NCBI GenBank assembly: GCA_963422375.2
Contig: OY729427.2
Coordinates: 1,760,001 to 1,824,000, forward strand
From: Bryobacterales bacterium
GTDB taxonomy: Bacteria > Acidobacteriota > Terriglobia > Bryobacterales > UBA6623
DNA length: 64,000 nucleotides
Reading direction: 5' to 3'
Part shown: positions 44,431 to 54,478 of the stretch, piece after piece
How positions within the stretch are numbered: the first letter of the stretch is position 1
Layout of the letters: each line of letters starts with the position of its first letter
Made by a program: the position numbers and the translations under genes
The notes under the pieces: generated by a model
Database searches by the model: none
What the model was told of the DNA's origin: nothing
The model's input: the letters and a program-made list of their open reading frames with translations, nothing else

Positions 44431-44578
44431 AGGTTACACGCTCAGTGTAGCGCCGCGACGCGGCGGCGGGGCTACACTTGGAGGCTCGCTGCCTCATGAC
44501 CCGCCATGGCAGAGTCGCGCTCGCGGGCCGTCCCCGCCCGGCGGTCGCGCGGCGACCGCTCCGCCGGGGATCGGGCGC

Positions 44579-45505
44579 GTGAACCGGCTGGCCGAGCGGA
44601 TCCGCGCCGGCGATCCGCGCGCCCTCGCCCGCGGCCTCAGCTGGGTGGAGAATCGCGCGCCGGGCTCCGTCGGCCTCCTGCGCGCCCTGCACAGCCCCGA
44701 GCGCCGGGCCTTGCGGCTCGGCATCACCGGGGCGCCGGGCGCCGGCAAGAGCACCTTGGTGGACTGCGTGGTCCGGCTCCTGCGCCGGGAGGGGCGGTCC
44801 GTCGCGATCCTGGCCGTGGACCCGAGCAGCCCGTTCAGCGGCGGGGCGGTCCTCGGCGACCGGGTCAGGATGCAGCGTCACCACGGCGACCCGGGCGTGT
44901 TCATCCGCTCGATGGCCTCGCGCGGCCAGCTCGGCGGCCTCGCCCCTGCGGTGGGTGACGCCCTCGCCCTGCTGGAGGCGTTCGGCGCCTTTGCTGTCGT
45001 CATCGAGACCGCCGGTGTCGGGCAGAGCGAGGTGGACGTGGTACAGCTGGCCGCGACCGTGGCCGTGGTGCTGGTGCCGTCTCTCGGCGACGACATCCAG
45101 GCCGCGAAGGCAGGCATCATGGAAATAGCCGACCTGTTCGTCATCAACAAGGCCGACCTGCCCGGCGCGGACGAGCTGGAGCGCCAGCTCCTGGCCATGA
45201 CCTCGCTGGTTCCGCGCGGCCGCCCCGGTCCGCCGGTCGTGCGAACGGTGGCCAGCCGGTGCGAGGGCGTCGAAGAGCTGCTTCGCCTGCTCCGGCGGGG
45301 CGGGCGCGACCGGGACGGCGCGGGCTACTGGAAGAGGCTCCTGCTCAACAGGATCGGCGCGGAAGTGCGGGGCATGCTGGAGTCAGGCGGGGCGCTCTCC
45401 GCCGACTTGGAGCGTGCCGCGGAGGCCGTCGCCGCGGGTCGTCTCAATCCGTACTCCTTCGAGAGCGAGATGCTGGCGCGTCTGCGACCGCAGTGGAAGA
45501 CATGA
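44579..45505 (+). CDS. meaB: Methylmalonyl-CoA mutase-associated GTPase
   Basis: GITGAPGAGKST, AVDPSSPFSGGAVLGDRVRM, IETAGVGQSE, KAGIMEIAD, NKAD. Confidence 0.93.
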   Translation: MNRLAERIRAGDPRALARGLSWVENRAPGSVGLLRALHSPERRALRLGITGAPGAGKSTLVDCVVRLLRREGRSVAILAVDPSSPFSGGAVLGDRVRMQRHHGDPGVFIRSMASRGQLGGLAPAVGDALALLEAFGAFAVVIETAGVGQSEVDVVQLAATVAVVLVPSLGDDIQAAKAGIMEIADLFVINKADLPGADELERQLLAMTSLVPRGRPGPPVVRTVASRCEGVEELLRLLRRGGRDRDGAGYWKRLLLNRIGAEVRGMLESGGALSADLERAAEAVAAGRLNPYSFESEMLARLRPQWKT

Positions 45506-45942
45506 CAATCGATCACATCGGAATCGCCGTGCGCTCGATCGACGAGGCGCTCGAGCTCTACCGGGGCTGCTTGGGTTTGGAGCCCACGCGGCGGACGAGG
45601 GTCGAGCACGAGCGGGTGGAGGCGGCCGTGCTCCCTGCCGGGGGCGGGCGGATCGAGCTGCTGGAGCCGACCGCCGCCGACTCCGCGATCGCGCGCTTCC
45701 TCGAGAGACGCGGGCCGGGCGTGCATCACATCGCGCTGCAGGTGGACGATCTCGAGGGCGCCATCGAGTCCGTGCGCCGGTCCGGCCGTCGGCTCGTCTC
45801 CGACCGCGTCGGGATCGGAGCCGAGGGCTACAGGTACGTCTTCGTGCATCCCAGCGCCGCGGGCGGGGTGCTGCTCGAGCTGGTGGAGCGGGCCGGGCAG
45901 CGTCAGGACGGCGGCGCGCAGGGACTAGGAGGCACGCCGTGA
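45502..45942 (+). CDS. mce: Methylmalonyl-CoA epimerase
   Basis: IDHIGIAV, IELLEP, FLERRGPGVHHIA, FVHP...GGVLLELVE; coupled to meaB. Confidence 0.92.
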   Translation: MTIDHIGIAVRSIDEALELYRGCLGLEPTRRTRVEHERVEAAVLPAGGGRIELLEPTAADSAIARFLERRGPGVHHIALQVDDLEGAIESVRRSGRRLVSDRVGIGAEGYRYVFVHPSAAGGVLLELVERAGQRQDGGAQGLGGTP

Positions 45943-47252
45943 GACCGACCCACCCGCCGGACGCGGCCGCGCACGTCGCTCGCCTGGAGGCCGAGAACTC
46001 CCGGCTCAAGCTCGCCATCGAGGAGCTCTCGATTCTGAACGAGGTCTCCACGGCCGTGTCGAGCACCTCGTCCCTCGAGGCGACCGTTGACCTCATCGTC
46101 AAGAAGTGCGTCAAGCACCTGAAGGTGGAGCAAGGGGCCGTTCTGCTGTTCGACCGGCTCGAGGGCGGATCCGCGCTGAAGACGATGGTGCGGCAGGTCG
46201 AGAGCGACGCGGCGGGCATTCCGATGCGGCTCGGCGACCAGATCACCGGCTGGATGCTGAAGAACCAGAAGCCGCTGGTCGTGGACGACTTCGAGCGCGA
46301 CAGCCGGTTCCGGGCGCCGTCCGGGCGGGGCCGGATCCAGTCGCTGCTGTGCGTCCCGATGAAGCTCAAGGGACGCCTGATCGGCGTCGTGAACGTCTTC
46401 AACAAGTCCGGCGGGAGGGTCTTCAGCCCCGGGGACCAGCGCCTGCTCAGCATTATCGCCACCCAGTCGGCGCAGGTGGTCGAGAACGCCCGGCTGATGG
46501 AGGAGGAGAAGGCCTTGGAAATCCTCCAGGAGGAGCTCCGGCTGGCCCGCGAGATCCAGAAGAAGCTGCTACCCAAGGAGCCTCCCGAGATTCGCGGCTA
46601 CGATGTCGCCGGTCACTCCGAGCCGGCCAAGCGGGTGGGCGGGGACTACTTCGACTTCCTCGATCTCGGGCAGGGGCGGCTGGGGCTGTGCCTGGCGGAC
46701 GTTTCCGGCAAGGGCATCACTGCGGCGCTGCTGATGTCCAACGTGCAGGCGACCATTCGCAGCCAGAGCCGCCTGGCGCCCGACCCCGGCGCGTGCATGG
46801 CGCGGTCGAACGACATGCTGCACGCCAGCACCGACTCGGACAAGTTCGTGACGATGTTCTACGGCGTCCTCGACACGCGCGCCCACCGGCTGGAGTACTG
46901 CAACGCGGGGCACAACCCGCCCCTCCTGCTGTCCGGCGGCGACGCCCCGGCCCTGCTCGAGACCGGCGGCCCGGTACTCGGCGTCGTGCCGGGATACCCC
47001 TACGAGCGCGGCGAGACGGAATTCGGGCCGGGCCAGACCCTGCTGGTGTACAGCGACGGCTTCAGCGAGGCGATGAATCCGCGCTTCGAGGAGTTCGGCG
47101 ACGAGCGCCTGCGGGCCGCGGCCGTCGCCAAGGCGCCCCTGACGCCGCAGCGAATGCTCGCGGAGCTCCTGCGCGAGGTCAGCGAGTTCTGCGGCGACGC
47201 CTCGCAGGCCGACGACATGACGATCATGGCCGTCCGGCGCCGGGCGCGGTGA
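45939..47252 (+). CDS. GAF + SpoIIE/RsbU PP2C phosphatase
   Basis: GAF (SLLCVPM..IGVV.V.NK), AREIQ..LLP, VGGDYFD, DVSGKG, NAGHNPP, YSDG..EA, DDMT. Confidence 0.93.
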   Translation: MRPTHPPDAAAHVARLEAENSRLKLAIEELSILNEVSTAVSSTSSLEATVDLIVKKCVKHLKVEQGAVLLFDRLEGGSALKTMVRQVESDAAGIPMRLGDQITGWMLKNQKPLVVDDFERDSRFRAPSGRGRIQSLLCVPMKLKGRLIGVVNVFNKSGGRVFSPGDQRLLSIIATQSAQVVENARLMEEEKALEILQEELRLAREIQKKLLPKEPPEIRGYDVAGHSEPAKRVGGDYFDFLDLGQGRLGLCLADVSGKGITAALLMSNVQATIRSQSRLAPDPGACMARSNDMLHASTDSDKFVTMFYGVLDTRAHRLEYCNAGHNPPLLLSGGDAPALLETGGPVLGVVPGYPYERGETEFGPGQTLLVYSDGFSEAMNPRFEEFGDERLRAAAVAKAPLTPQRMLAELLREVSEFCGDASQADDMTIMAVRRRAR

Positions 47253-48615
47253 GGGCCGGCCGGCCGCTCGCGACGGCAGCGGCGACGCGCCGGCTGAGCC
47301 GCACGCAGTCGGGCACGCCGAGCCCCTCGTAGCCGTTCCCGGCCAGATGGAGCCCCGGCAGGGCCTGCAGCCGCCCGGCGATCGCGGCCGCCAAGCGGTC
47401 GTGACCCACGGCGTAATGCGGCATGGCGGCCCGCCAGCGGTAGACGCGGGCGGCCTCCGGTGCGTTCCGGAGGCCCATCCACCTGCGCAGCTCTCTGTCC
47501 GCCCGCCCGGCCACCTGGACGTCGCGCTCCGCGAGGGCCCGGTCGGCGTGCGCGCCCGTGAGAAACGCCCGCAGCAGCGCCGCGCCCGGCGGTGACCGGG
47601 CGGGGAACTTGGTCCCGGACCAGGTACATGCGGCGACCGTCCCGCCCTCGGCGCGCGGCACGAGGAAACCGAAGCCGTCCAGCGGATGGCCGAGGCCGGC
47701 CCGCCCGTACGCCAGCGCCGCGACGACCGCGGACGAGTAGGGGATGCCCGCCAGCTGGTCGGCCAGCGCGCTGTCGAAGGACCGGGCCAGGCGGGCCGCT
47801 TCGTGGGCCGGCGCGGCCACGATCACGATGTCGGCCGCGCACGCGCCGCCGTCCAGGAGCAGGGTCCAGCCGCCGTCGGCGCGGCGCAGGCCGCGCACGC
47901 GCTCTCGCGCGAACTCGCAATGCCCGGCGGCTTGCCGCTCGAGCGCCGCGACCAACCCGGCCATGCCGTCCCGCAGGGTCAGGAACAGCGGTCCGCCGGC
48001 CTTGCGGCGCCGGTTCCGGTAGGCGCCCCGCAGGACGCTGCCGTAGCGCCGCTCGTACTCGACGAACCGGGGCAGGACCCGCCGCGCGGACAAGGCTTCG
48101 GGCGGGGCGCCGTACACGCCCGCCGTCATCGGCTGCGCGAGATACTCCACGGCCTCGTCGCCGAAGTGGTCGCGGACGAACTCCGCGACCGAGCGGTCGC
48201 GGCGCTCGCGCGGCCGCCGGAACCACTCCAAGGCCATGCGCGCCTTCGTGCCGGGGCCGAGAAGCGGCGTGGCGGCCGCCTGCCAGGGCTTGCTCGGCGC
48301 GAGCAGGCGCATGCTGCGGGGCAGGGCCACCAGCCGTCCCTTGCGGGCGACGAACGTGCGCCGTCGGTCGTCGTTCGACCCGATGACCTGGTCCCCGAGG
48401 CCGAGTTCGTCCACGAATTCGCGCATCCAGCGCTTCTCGCCGAGCCAGCTGTCCGGTCCGGCCTCGACCAGGCAGCCGTGCATCCTGTCCGTGCGGATCA
48501 GGCCGCCCCGGCGCGAGCGGCTTTCGAACAGCTTGCTGGGCACCCCCGCCGCCCCGAGGAAGTACGCCGCCGACAGTCCGGAGATCCCGCCTCCTACGAT
48601 CGCGACCCGTTTCAC
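47224..48615 (-). CDS. hemG: Protoporphyrinogen oxidase (HemY-type)
   Basis: VAIVGGGISGL, EAGPDSW, GFGFLVP, RW..AMPHY.VGH, G.GVPDC; downstream of hemE. Confidence 0.92.
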   Translation of the reverse strand: MKRVAIVGGGISGLSAAYFLGAAGVPSKLFESRSRRGGLIRTDRMHGCLVEAGPDSWLGEKRWMREFVDELGLGDQVIGSNDDRRRTFVARKGRLVALPRSMRLLAPSKPWQAAATPLLGPGTKARMALEWFRRPRERRDRSVAEFVRDHFGDEAVEYLAQPMTAGVYGAPPEALSARRVLPRFVEYERRYGSVLRGAYRNRRRKAGGPLFLTLRDGMAGLVAALERQAAGHCEFARERVRGLRRADGGWTLLLDGGACAADIVIVAAPAHEAARLARSFDSALADQLAGIPYSSAVVAALAYGRAGLGHPLDGFGFLVPRAEGGTVAACTWSGTKFPARSPPGAALLRAFLTGAHADRALAERDVQVAGRADRELRRWMGLRNAPEAARVYRWRAAMPHYAVGHDRLAAAIAGRLQALPGLHLAGNGYEGLGVPDCVRLSRRVAAAVASGRPALTAPGAGRP

Positions 48616-49646
48616 GGCTTGCGGGCGGCGCAGTACTCGCGCACGAAACCCACCGCGGCGCGGACATGCTCGACCGGGGTCTGGGGGATGATGCCGTGGC
48701 CGAGGTTGAAGATGTGGCCCGCCCGGCCCGCCGCGCCGTCCAGCACCGCATGCACCTTGTCGCGCAGCTCCGGGAGCGGCGCGAGCAGCGCGACCGGGTC
48801 GAGGTTGCCCTGAACGGCCAGGTTGGGGCCGATGCGCTTCCAGGCCGCGCCGATCTCCACGCGCCAGTCGAGGCCCAGCACGTCGCCACCGGCCTGCGCG
48901 AACAGCTCGAGGTAGGCGCCCGTGCCCGTGCCGAAGTGGATCACGGGCACGCCTTCGGCCTGCAGCTGCCGGATCAGGCTCCGCGAGTGCGGCAGCGCGA
49001 ACCGCTTGTAGTCCGACGGGGAGAGGGCGCCGGCCCAGCTGTCGAACACCTGAATGGCCGCGGCGCCGCCGGCGACCTGGAGCGCGGCGTAGGGCACGAG
49101 CACTCGGACGATGCGCTCCATCAGCTCCCGCCACACCGTCGGCTGGCTCCACATCAGGCTCTTGGTACGGGCGTAGCGGCGCGTCCCGCCGCCCTCGATC
49201 ATGTAGCTGGCCAGCGTGAACGGCGCCCCCACGAACCCGATGACCGGCAGGCGGTCTCCGAGCTGCTCGCGGGCCAGCGCGATGGACTCCCCGACGTACC
49301 CGAGGTCGGCGGCGCGTCGGGTCTCCAGGCCGCGGACGTCGGCCGCCGACCGGACCGGCCTGTCGATCCGCGGCCCCGCCCCGCCGGGGAAGGCAATGCC
49401 GAGGCCCATCGCTTCCAGCGGCAGCAGCAGGTCGGCGAAGATGATCGCGGCGTCTACGTCCAGCGCCTCGACGGGCTGCTGCGTGACCTCCGCGGCCAGG
49501 CGCGGCGTCTTGCAGATCTCAAGGATCGAGTGGCTCTGGCGCAGGCGGCGGTACTCCGCCATGTAGCGGCCCGCCTGGCGCATGAACCAGATCGGCGGGC
49601 AGTCCGCCGGTTTGCGGGCGCAGGCGCGAAGGAATCGCTCGCGCAT
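48612..49646 (-). CDS. hemE: Uroporphyrinogen decarboxylase
   Basis: PIWFMRQAGRYM.EY, DAAIIFADLL, GAPFTLASY, QGNLDP, HIFNLGHG. Confidence 0.97.
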   Translation of the reverse strand: MRERFLRACARKPADCPPIWFMRQAGRYMAEYRRLRQSHSILEICKTPRLAAEVTQQPVEALDVDAAIIFADLLLPLEAMGLGIAFPGGAGPRIDRPVRSAADVRGLETRRAADLGYVGESIALAREQLGDRLPVIGFVGAPFTLASYMIEGGGTRRYARTKSLMWSQPTVWRELMERIVRVLVPYAALQVAGGAAAIQVFDSWAGALSPSDYKRFALPHSRSLIRQLQAEGVPVIHFGTGTGAYLELFAQAGGDVLGLDWRVEIGAAWKRIGPNLAVQGNLDPVALLAPLPELRDKVHAVLDGAAGRAGHIFNLGHGIIPQTPVEHVRAAVGFVREYCAARKP

Positions 49647-49659
49647 CGCCCCACTATAT

Positions 49660-50489
49660 CGAGTGCTTGCGCCCGCCACGGCGCTGGAGGCGCGGCGGCG
49701 GGTACGTCCCGCGCATCAAGGGCCTGCCGCAGATCAAGATTAGGCCGCAGCGCGGGTTGCCGAGCCTCGAGCCTCGGTTCGTCCGCATCACCCGCACGGA
49801 CGCAGGGATCAACGTGGACATGGTGCTCGACGGCGTCTGCAAGCAGCTGCTGCCGCCGTCCGAGTCCGCCGCGGGCAGCGACCCGGGCGTCGCGGATCAA
49901 CTCGCTACCAGCGATGGCGAGCGTATCCGAGGCGTTGACGACACGCAGCATCGCAAGGCGACCCGCGAGCGCAGCCGTGCTGTCTCCCGCTCGAAGAAGG
50001 GCGGCAAGGCGCGCCGCAAGCAGCACGTTTCCAAGCGCAACGCCTGCCATCGCAAGCCCGCGCGGCCGGTCCGCAAGCACGGCACCCTCGTGGGCGAGGA
50101 TCTGGCCGTCGAGACCATGACGCGTTCCGCGAAGGGCACCGCCGAGGCGCCCGGAACGAACGTCAAGCAGAAGGCTGGACCGCAGCGCTCGATCCCGAGC
50201 CAGGCACGGGGATTGCTGCCAGGGCAGCTTGCGTGCAAGGCGGGATGGGCCGGTCGCAGGTCCGAGCAGGTCCATCCCGCCCATACGTCGCAGCGGTGCC
50301 ATCGATGCGCCGAAGCGGACGGCTCGAATCGCAAGGGCACGCGCTGCGGCTGCTCGGGCGATGCGGACGTCAATGCGGTGATCAACGTCTTGCCGACTCC
50401 GAACTCGCCTGCGGCAGCTGCCAACCGCGGCAACGGTCGCGGTGCTGCCAGGAATCGTCCCAGTCAGCAATGACTCGTGACGCGTTCAG
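49660..50489 (+). mobile_element. tnpB: tnpB (RNA-guided nuclease) remnant, copy 1, 5'-truncated and decayed
   Basis: RuvC-like GSDPG, EDLAV, MTRSAKGTAEAPGTNVKQKAG, TSQRCHRC, DADVNAVINVL. Confidence 0.85.
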
Positions 50490-51499
50490 TCGAAGCGCTT
50501 CCCGTAGCCTCCCGGGGGCACCCGGCGCGGCGCTCCGAGCAACGCGGACTCCTCGATGAAGTACACCTGCCTGCCGACATACGCGTAGGTGCGCTCGCGG
50601 AGCTCGCCCTCCCGCTCCAGCACGAAGCGAAAGGCCGTGCCCCTGCCTTGCCTCGTGTCGAAGTTGCGCTCGATCTCGACCGGCAGATAGCCGACCAGGT
50701 CCGAGACCTGGCGGATGACGAGATAGCGGTCGCGACGGCTGTCCCACCGGAAGACTCGGAGCAGGTCGAAGTCGTGCGTCTTGCCGCGGCCGGTCGACTG
50801 GAACCACAGCCACGTGGGCTTGGTCTCGCCGAGCGATTCGTCCTCGACCTCGCCGATCTTGAAGTAGGCGACGATCGAGCGCCCGCCCGCCAGCATCGCG
50901 ATATGGAGCGGAAGATCCGCGTAGGCCATGTTCGCGATCAGCCAGCCGGTCTCGCCGACGGCTGGGACACGCACCAAGTACCAGTAGTCCTCGCCTGTCG
51001 GCGCGGGCTTCGGCTCGTCCTTGTCGTACGAGGGCAGCCGGTCCACCACCATGCGGTCGAGAATCTCGAACTCCTCGTCCGTTTCGAGCTGATAGAACGT
51101 GGGAGCCCAGCGATACGGCTCGGTATGCACGTTCAGCGTGTCCCGCGCCCGCGAACGGCCCTGGCTCGTCAGGGCCGCCGACTGGTTGGTGAGGGCCCGG
51201 AGCTGCTGCCGCAGCTCGCTGTCGAGCAGCATCCTCGTGTCGAGCCAGCCGTCAAGCCGGTCGCCGGTCAGGACCCGGGCGAAGCTCCGATGGCGCTCCT
51301 GGATGATCACGGTCGAGTCGAAGTCCAAGATCGCGAGCACCGGCGCGTCGCGCTGCAGGTCGGCGTAGAGGGGGACTTCGTTGCGTGTGTAGTGGTAATC
51401 CGGCGGGACGGGCTCGTCCGATCCCAGGCACCCCACCAGGAACGTCACGGCGAGCGGAACCGCGCCGCGGCACCAAGGATGGCGGAACTGGAACTTCAT
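50486..51499 (-). CDS. Putative lipoprotein with SH3-like domains
   Basis: Lipobox FLVGC; VLT..RLDGW and WYLVR...TGW SH3b-like segments. Confidence 0.65.
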   Translation of the reverse strand: MKFQFRHPWCRGAVPLAVTFLVGCLGSDEPVPPDYHYTRNEVPLYADLQRDAPVLAILDFDSTVIIQERHRSFARVLTGDRLDGWLDTRMLLDSELRQQLRALTNQSAALTSQGRSRARDTLNVHTEPYRWAPTFYQLETDEEFEILDRMVVDRLPSYDKDEPKPAPTGEDYWYLVRVPAVGETGWLIANMAYADLPLHIAMLAGGRSIVAYFKIGEVEDESLGETKPTWLWFQSTGRGKTHDFDLLRVFRWDSRRDRYLVIRQVSDLVGYLPVEIERNFDTRQGRGTAFRFVLEREGELRERTYAYVGRQVYFIEESALLGAPRRVPPGGYGKRFD

Positions 51500-51571
51500 C
51501 TTCTGCGCTCCGTCCCTCGTTGCCTCGCCGCTTCGCGGCGGTGCGCTTCGCTCTGTGTCTAATTGAATCAG

Positions 51572-51817
51572 ATGACCGACGGCCCTGCCAGAGGCGGCGC
51601 GACCGTAGCTCTTGGGCTGCTCTGCGGCGACTGCCGGCGTCCGCTGGGGTCTCCCGGCCCGGAGGCCCGGCCCGGCCGCGTCGCGGACGCCGACATGTAC
51701 TGCCCGGGCTGCAAGGCTGGTGGAGTCCTCGCACTCGAGTGCCCGGCGTGCGGAAGCGTGGTCTGCAGCGCGTGCGGATCGATCCTCGAGTCTTCCGCCG
51801 ACCTCGGCTACGGCTGA
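51572..51817 (+). CDS. Small Cys-rich putative zinc-binding protein
   Basis: Four CxxC motifs (CGDC, CPGC, CPAC, CSAC) in about 81 aa. Confidence 0.6.
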   Translation: MTDGPARGGATVALGLLCGDCRRPLGSPGPEARPGRVADADMYCPGCKAGGVLALECPACGSVVCSACGSILESSADLGYG

Positions 51818-51956
51818 CTCCGGCCCGCCGACTGTAACCAAGCGCCGCTAGCGTCTGCCTATCCAGTTAGGCGGGCGCTCCCGCCAGTCCGTTGGCACCT
51901 CCCGCAGGTCAAGCGGTGCGGGTCGCCGGCGCAGTTTCTAGACGGAGGAATCACTC

Positions 51957-52490
51957 ATGCTCGCACTCGTTGGCAGGGCCGCGCTCTTGGGCGCGGTCGC
52001 GCTGGCCGTCACCCCGTTCGCGGCGGCCGACAATCACGCCTACGCGGAAGAGGCCCAGGCGCGCCTCAAGACCCTCGAGGAGAGATTCGGCGGCCTGGCG
52101 GGTGCCCTGCCCGCCGACAAGTACACGTATCGGCCTGGCGAGGGCGTGCGCTCGGCGAGCGAGTTGCTCCTGCACGTGGCGGGAGCCAACTACTTCGTGG
52201 CGCGGGCTTTCGGCACGGCACCTCCGGAGGGGCTGAACCTCCGCGGCCTCGAGAAATCGACGACGGACAAGAGTGACATCCAGTCCCGCGTGGCAAGCTC
52301 GTTCGAGCACCTCGGGCGTGCCATCGGCAAGGTAGGCCCTGGCGACGCCGAGAAGGCTATGAATCTCTTCGGCGGCAGCACGACGACTCGCGGTGCGCTG
52401 TGGAGGGCCATGGGCCACCTGAGCGAGCACCTCGGCCAGTTGATCGCCTACACCCGAGTCAACGGCGTCACCCCTCCTTGGAGCGAGTGA
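51957..52490 (+). CDS. DinB family protein, secreted
   Basis: Signal peptide, YRPGEGVRS..ELLLHVA, H..EHLGQLIAY.R.NGV.PPW; GGAGG RBS. Confidence 0.9.
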   Translation: MLALVGRAALLGAVALAVTPFAAADNHAYAEEAQARLKTLEERFGGLAGALPADKYTYRPGEGVRSASELLLHVAGANYFVARAFGTAPPEGLNLRGLEKSTTDKSDIQSRVASSFEHLGRAIGKVGPGDAEKAMNLFGGSTTTRGALWRAMGHLSEHLGQLIAYTRVNGVTPPWSE

Positions 52491-52503
52491 TGACAGCGGA
52501 GCG

Positions 52504-53274
52504 GTGACAGCGAGTTTGCTCGGAAGACGGACCGTGTTCCGGAATGTCGGGGGCCCGGCTGTCGCGGCCGCCTTCGCCGGGCTGCTGGCGGTGCAGGCCT
52601 TCGCGACCGAATTCTCCTTGGAGTCCGCCGAGGGCCTCGAGCTTGTCAAGGTCGAAGCCCTCCCCGACACGCTGAACGGCAAGAAGGGCCTCAGGGTCAC
52701 CGGGGATGCAGAGTCGCTGAGGGCGGCGGTCGCCCGTGCCGGTGGCGGGAGACCGCCCGTGCCCGGCGCGCGCGAGCGGACGGACCACCTCGCGATCGTC
52801 AAGGGAGTGCGGTTCGGCAACGGCACGATCGAGCTGGAGGTCGCCGGCCAGCCCGCGCCCGGGTCGCGGGGCGGCGCCCGCGGATTCGTCGGCGTCGCTT
52901 GGCGCCTGCAGGAGGACGGCAAGACTTACGACTGCTTCTACCTGCGGCCGACCAACGGCCGGGCCGACGACCAAGAGCGGCGGAACCACACGGTGCAGTA
53001 CATCTCGCATCCGGAATGGACTTGGTTCCGCTTTCGCAATGAGACGCCGAGCAAGTACGAGACGTACGCGGACATCGTTCCCGGGGAATGGATCCCAGTA
53101 AAGATCGTGGTCGACGGGGAGAAAGCCCGACTTCACCTCAACGGAGCGGAACAGCCGACCCTGATCGTGAACGACGTGAAGTCGGGGCCCGGAGCCACCG
53201 GCAACGTGGCGCTCTGGCTCGAAGGGTCCACCGTCGCCCATTTCCGGAACCTGCGGATCACGCCCGGCGACTAG
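52504..53274 (+). CDS. Conserved secreted protein, DUF1080/LamG-like
   Basis: NGTIELEVAG, RGFVG.A, FYLRPTNGRADDQ.RRNH.VQY, HFRNLRI. Confidence 0.6.
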   Translation: MTASLLGRRTVFRNVGGPAVAAAFAGLLAVQAFATEFSLESAEGLELVKVEALPDTLNGKKGLRVTGDAESLRAAVARAGGGRPPVPGARERTDHLAIVKGVRFGNGTIELEVAGQPAPGSRGGARGFVGVAWRLQEDGKTYDCFYLRPTNGRADDQERRNHTVQYISHPEWTWFRFRNETPSKYETYADIVPGEWIPVKIVVDGEKARLHLNGAEQPTLIVNDVKSGPGATGNVALWLEGSTVAHFRNLRITPGD

Positions 53275-53569
53275 GGCCGGGCCGACGCGAGAGCCGCCAT
53301 TCGCAGGTATCCTTGCGGAGCGGGACCCATGCCCCGCCGGATGCACGGCTTCGGCTCGTGGGCGATTTCCCGCTTGGCCGTGGAGGCTGCCCGCGATGGG
53401 CCCGTGTCCGACTCCTTGCGGACATCGGCGCGCCCTGAAATAGCGCGGCTGTCCCGGCGAGTCTCGCCGCCCGCGACTCGGGTGTCGGCGCTGCCCGGCC
53501 GTGCGGTGCCTTGCTCGGGCGGGCCGGGGTGCAGGCGGCACCGTGCTAGCCTGTTGCACGGAGACCGAC

Positions 53570-54463
53570 ATGCAACGTCGCGAGTTCATACGTCACGCTC
53601 TCGGTGCCGGGGCGTCCGTGGCAGCGGTCCAGGACCGTCTCTTCGGCGCGGCCGCGGGCTATTCCTCGAATCCCGCCCGTCGCTTCGCCCAAGACACTGT
53701 CCCGCTCGGTCCCGACAGGCTCGCGCCCTCGCGCCTCGCCATGGGCACGGGCACCAGCGGCTTCCGGGGCGCCTCGAACCAGACGCGCAAGCTCGGCGTC
53801 GGCGGTCTCACTGACATGTACCGCTTCGGTTTCGACAGCGGCCTGACATTCTGGGACACGGCGGACGGGTACGGAAGCCACCCGCACCTCAGGAACGCCC
53901 TGGGGCATATCCCTCGCGAGAAGGTCGTCATCATGACCAAGTCGCAGTCCAAGACTGCCAAGGGCATGCGTGACGACATCGACCGGTTCCGCAGGGAGCT
54001 CGGAACGGACTACATCGACTTGCTCCTGCTGCACGCTGTCCGCGAGGAGGACTGGCCCGTGCAGCGGGCCGGCGCGATGGAGGTAATCAACGAGTTCAAG
54101 CAGAAGGGAATCGTTCGCTCGAGAGGCATTTCCTGCCACTCCCTGCCGGCGCTGCGGCAGGTGCATCTGCAGGAGTTCATCGACGTCGACTTGGCGCGCG
54201 TCAACGCGATCGGCGCGCGCATGGACGCCGATCCGGCCACGGTGATCGAGGAGCTCTGCAAGATCAAAGGCGCGGGCAAGGGCGTCATCGGCATGAAGAT
54301 CCTCGGCGAGGGGCTGCTGCGGAACCGGGTCGGCGAGGCCCTGCAGCACGCCTTGGCGCTCGACTGCATCGACTGCTTCACCATCGGGGCGGAAAACCGC
54401 TACGAGCTGGCTGACCTCATCCGCCGGATTCCCGAGGCTTCGACCCTCGGCTGGAACGCCTAG
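53570..54463 (+). CDS. Aldo/keto reductase with Tat-like signal
   Basis: MQRREF, DTADGYGSH, TK, LGTDYIDLLLLH, GISCH, MKILG.G. Confidence 0.9.
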   Translation: MQRREFIRHALGAGASVAAVQDRLFGAAAGYSSNPARRFAQDTVPLGPDRLAPSRLAMGTGTSGFRGASNQTRKLGVGGLTDMYRFGFDSGLTFWDTADGYGSHPHLRNALGHIPREKVVIMTKSQSKTAKGMRDDIDRFRRELGTDYIDLLLLHAVREEDWPVQRAGAMEVINEFKQKGIVRSRGISCHSLPALRQVHLQEFIDVDLARVNAIGARMDADPATVIEELCKIKGAGKGVIGMKILGEGLLRNRVGEALQHALALDCIDCFTIGAENRYELADLIRRIPEASTLGWNA

Positions 54464-54478
54464 AGAAAGGATCGATTC

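Noticed and set aside
39515..44884. 1789-aa ORF on the minus strand
   Set aside because: Mostly an Arg/Gly/Ala-rich off-frame shadow of topB-recQ; only 39515-40129 (Zn-ribbon membrane protein) looks real
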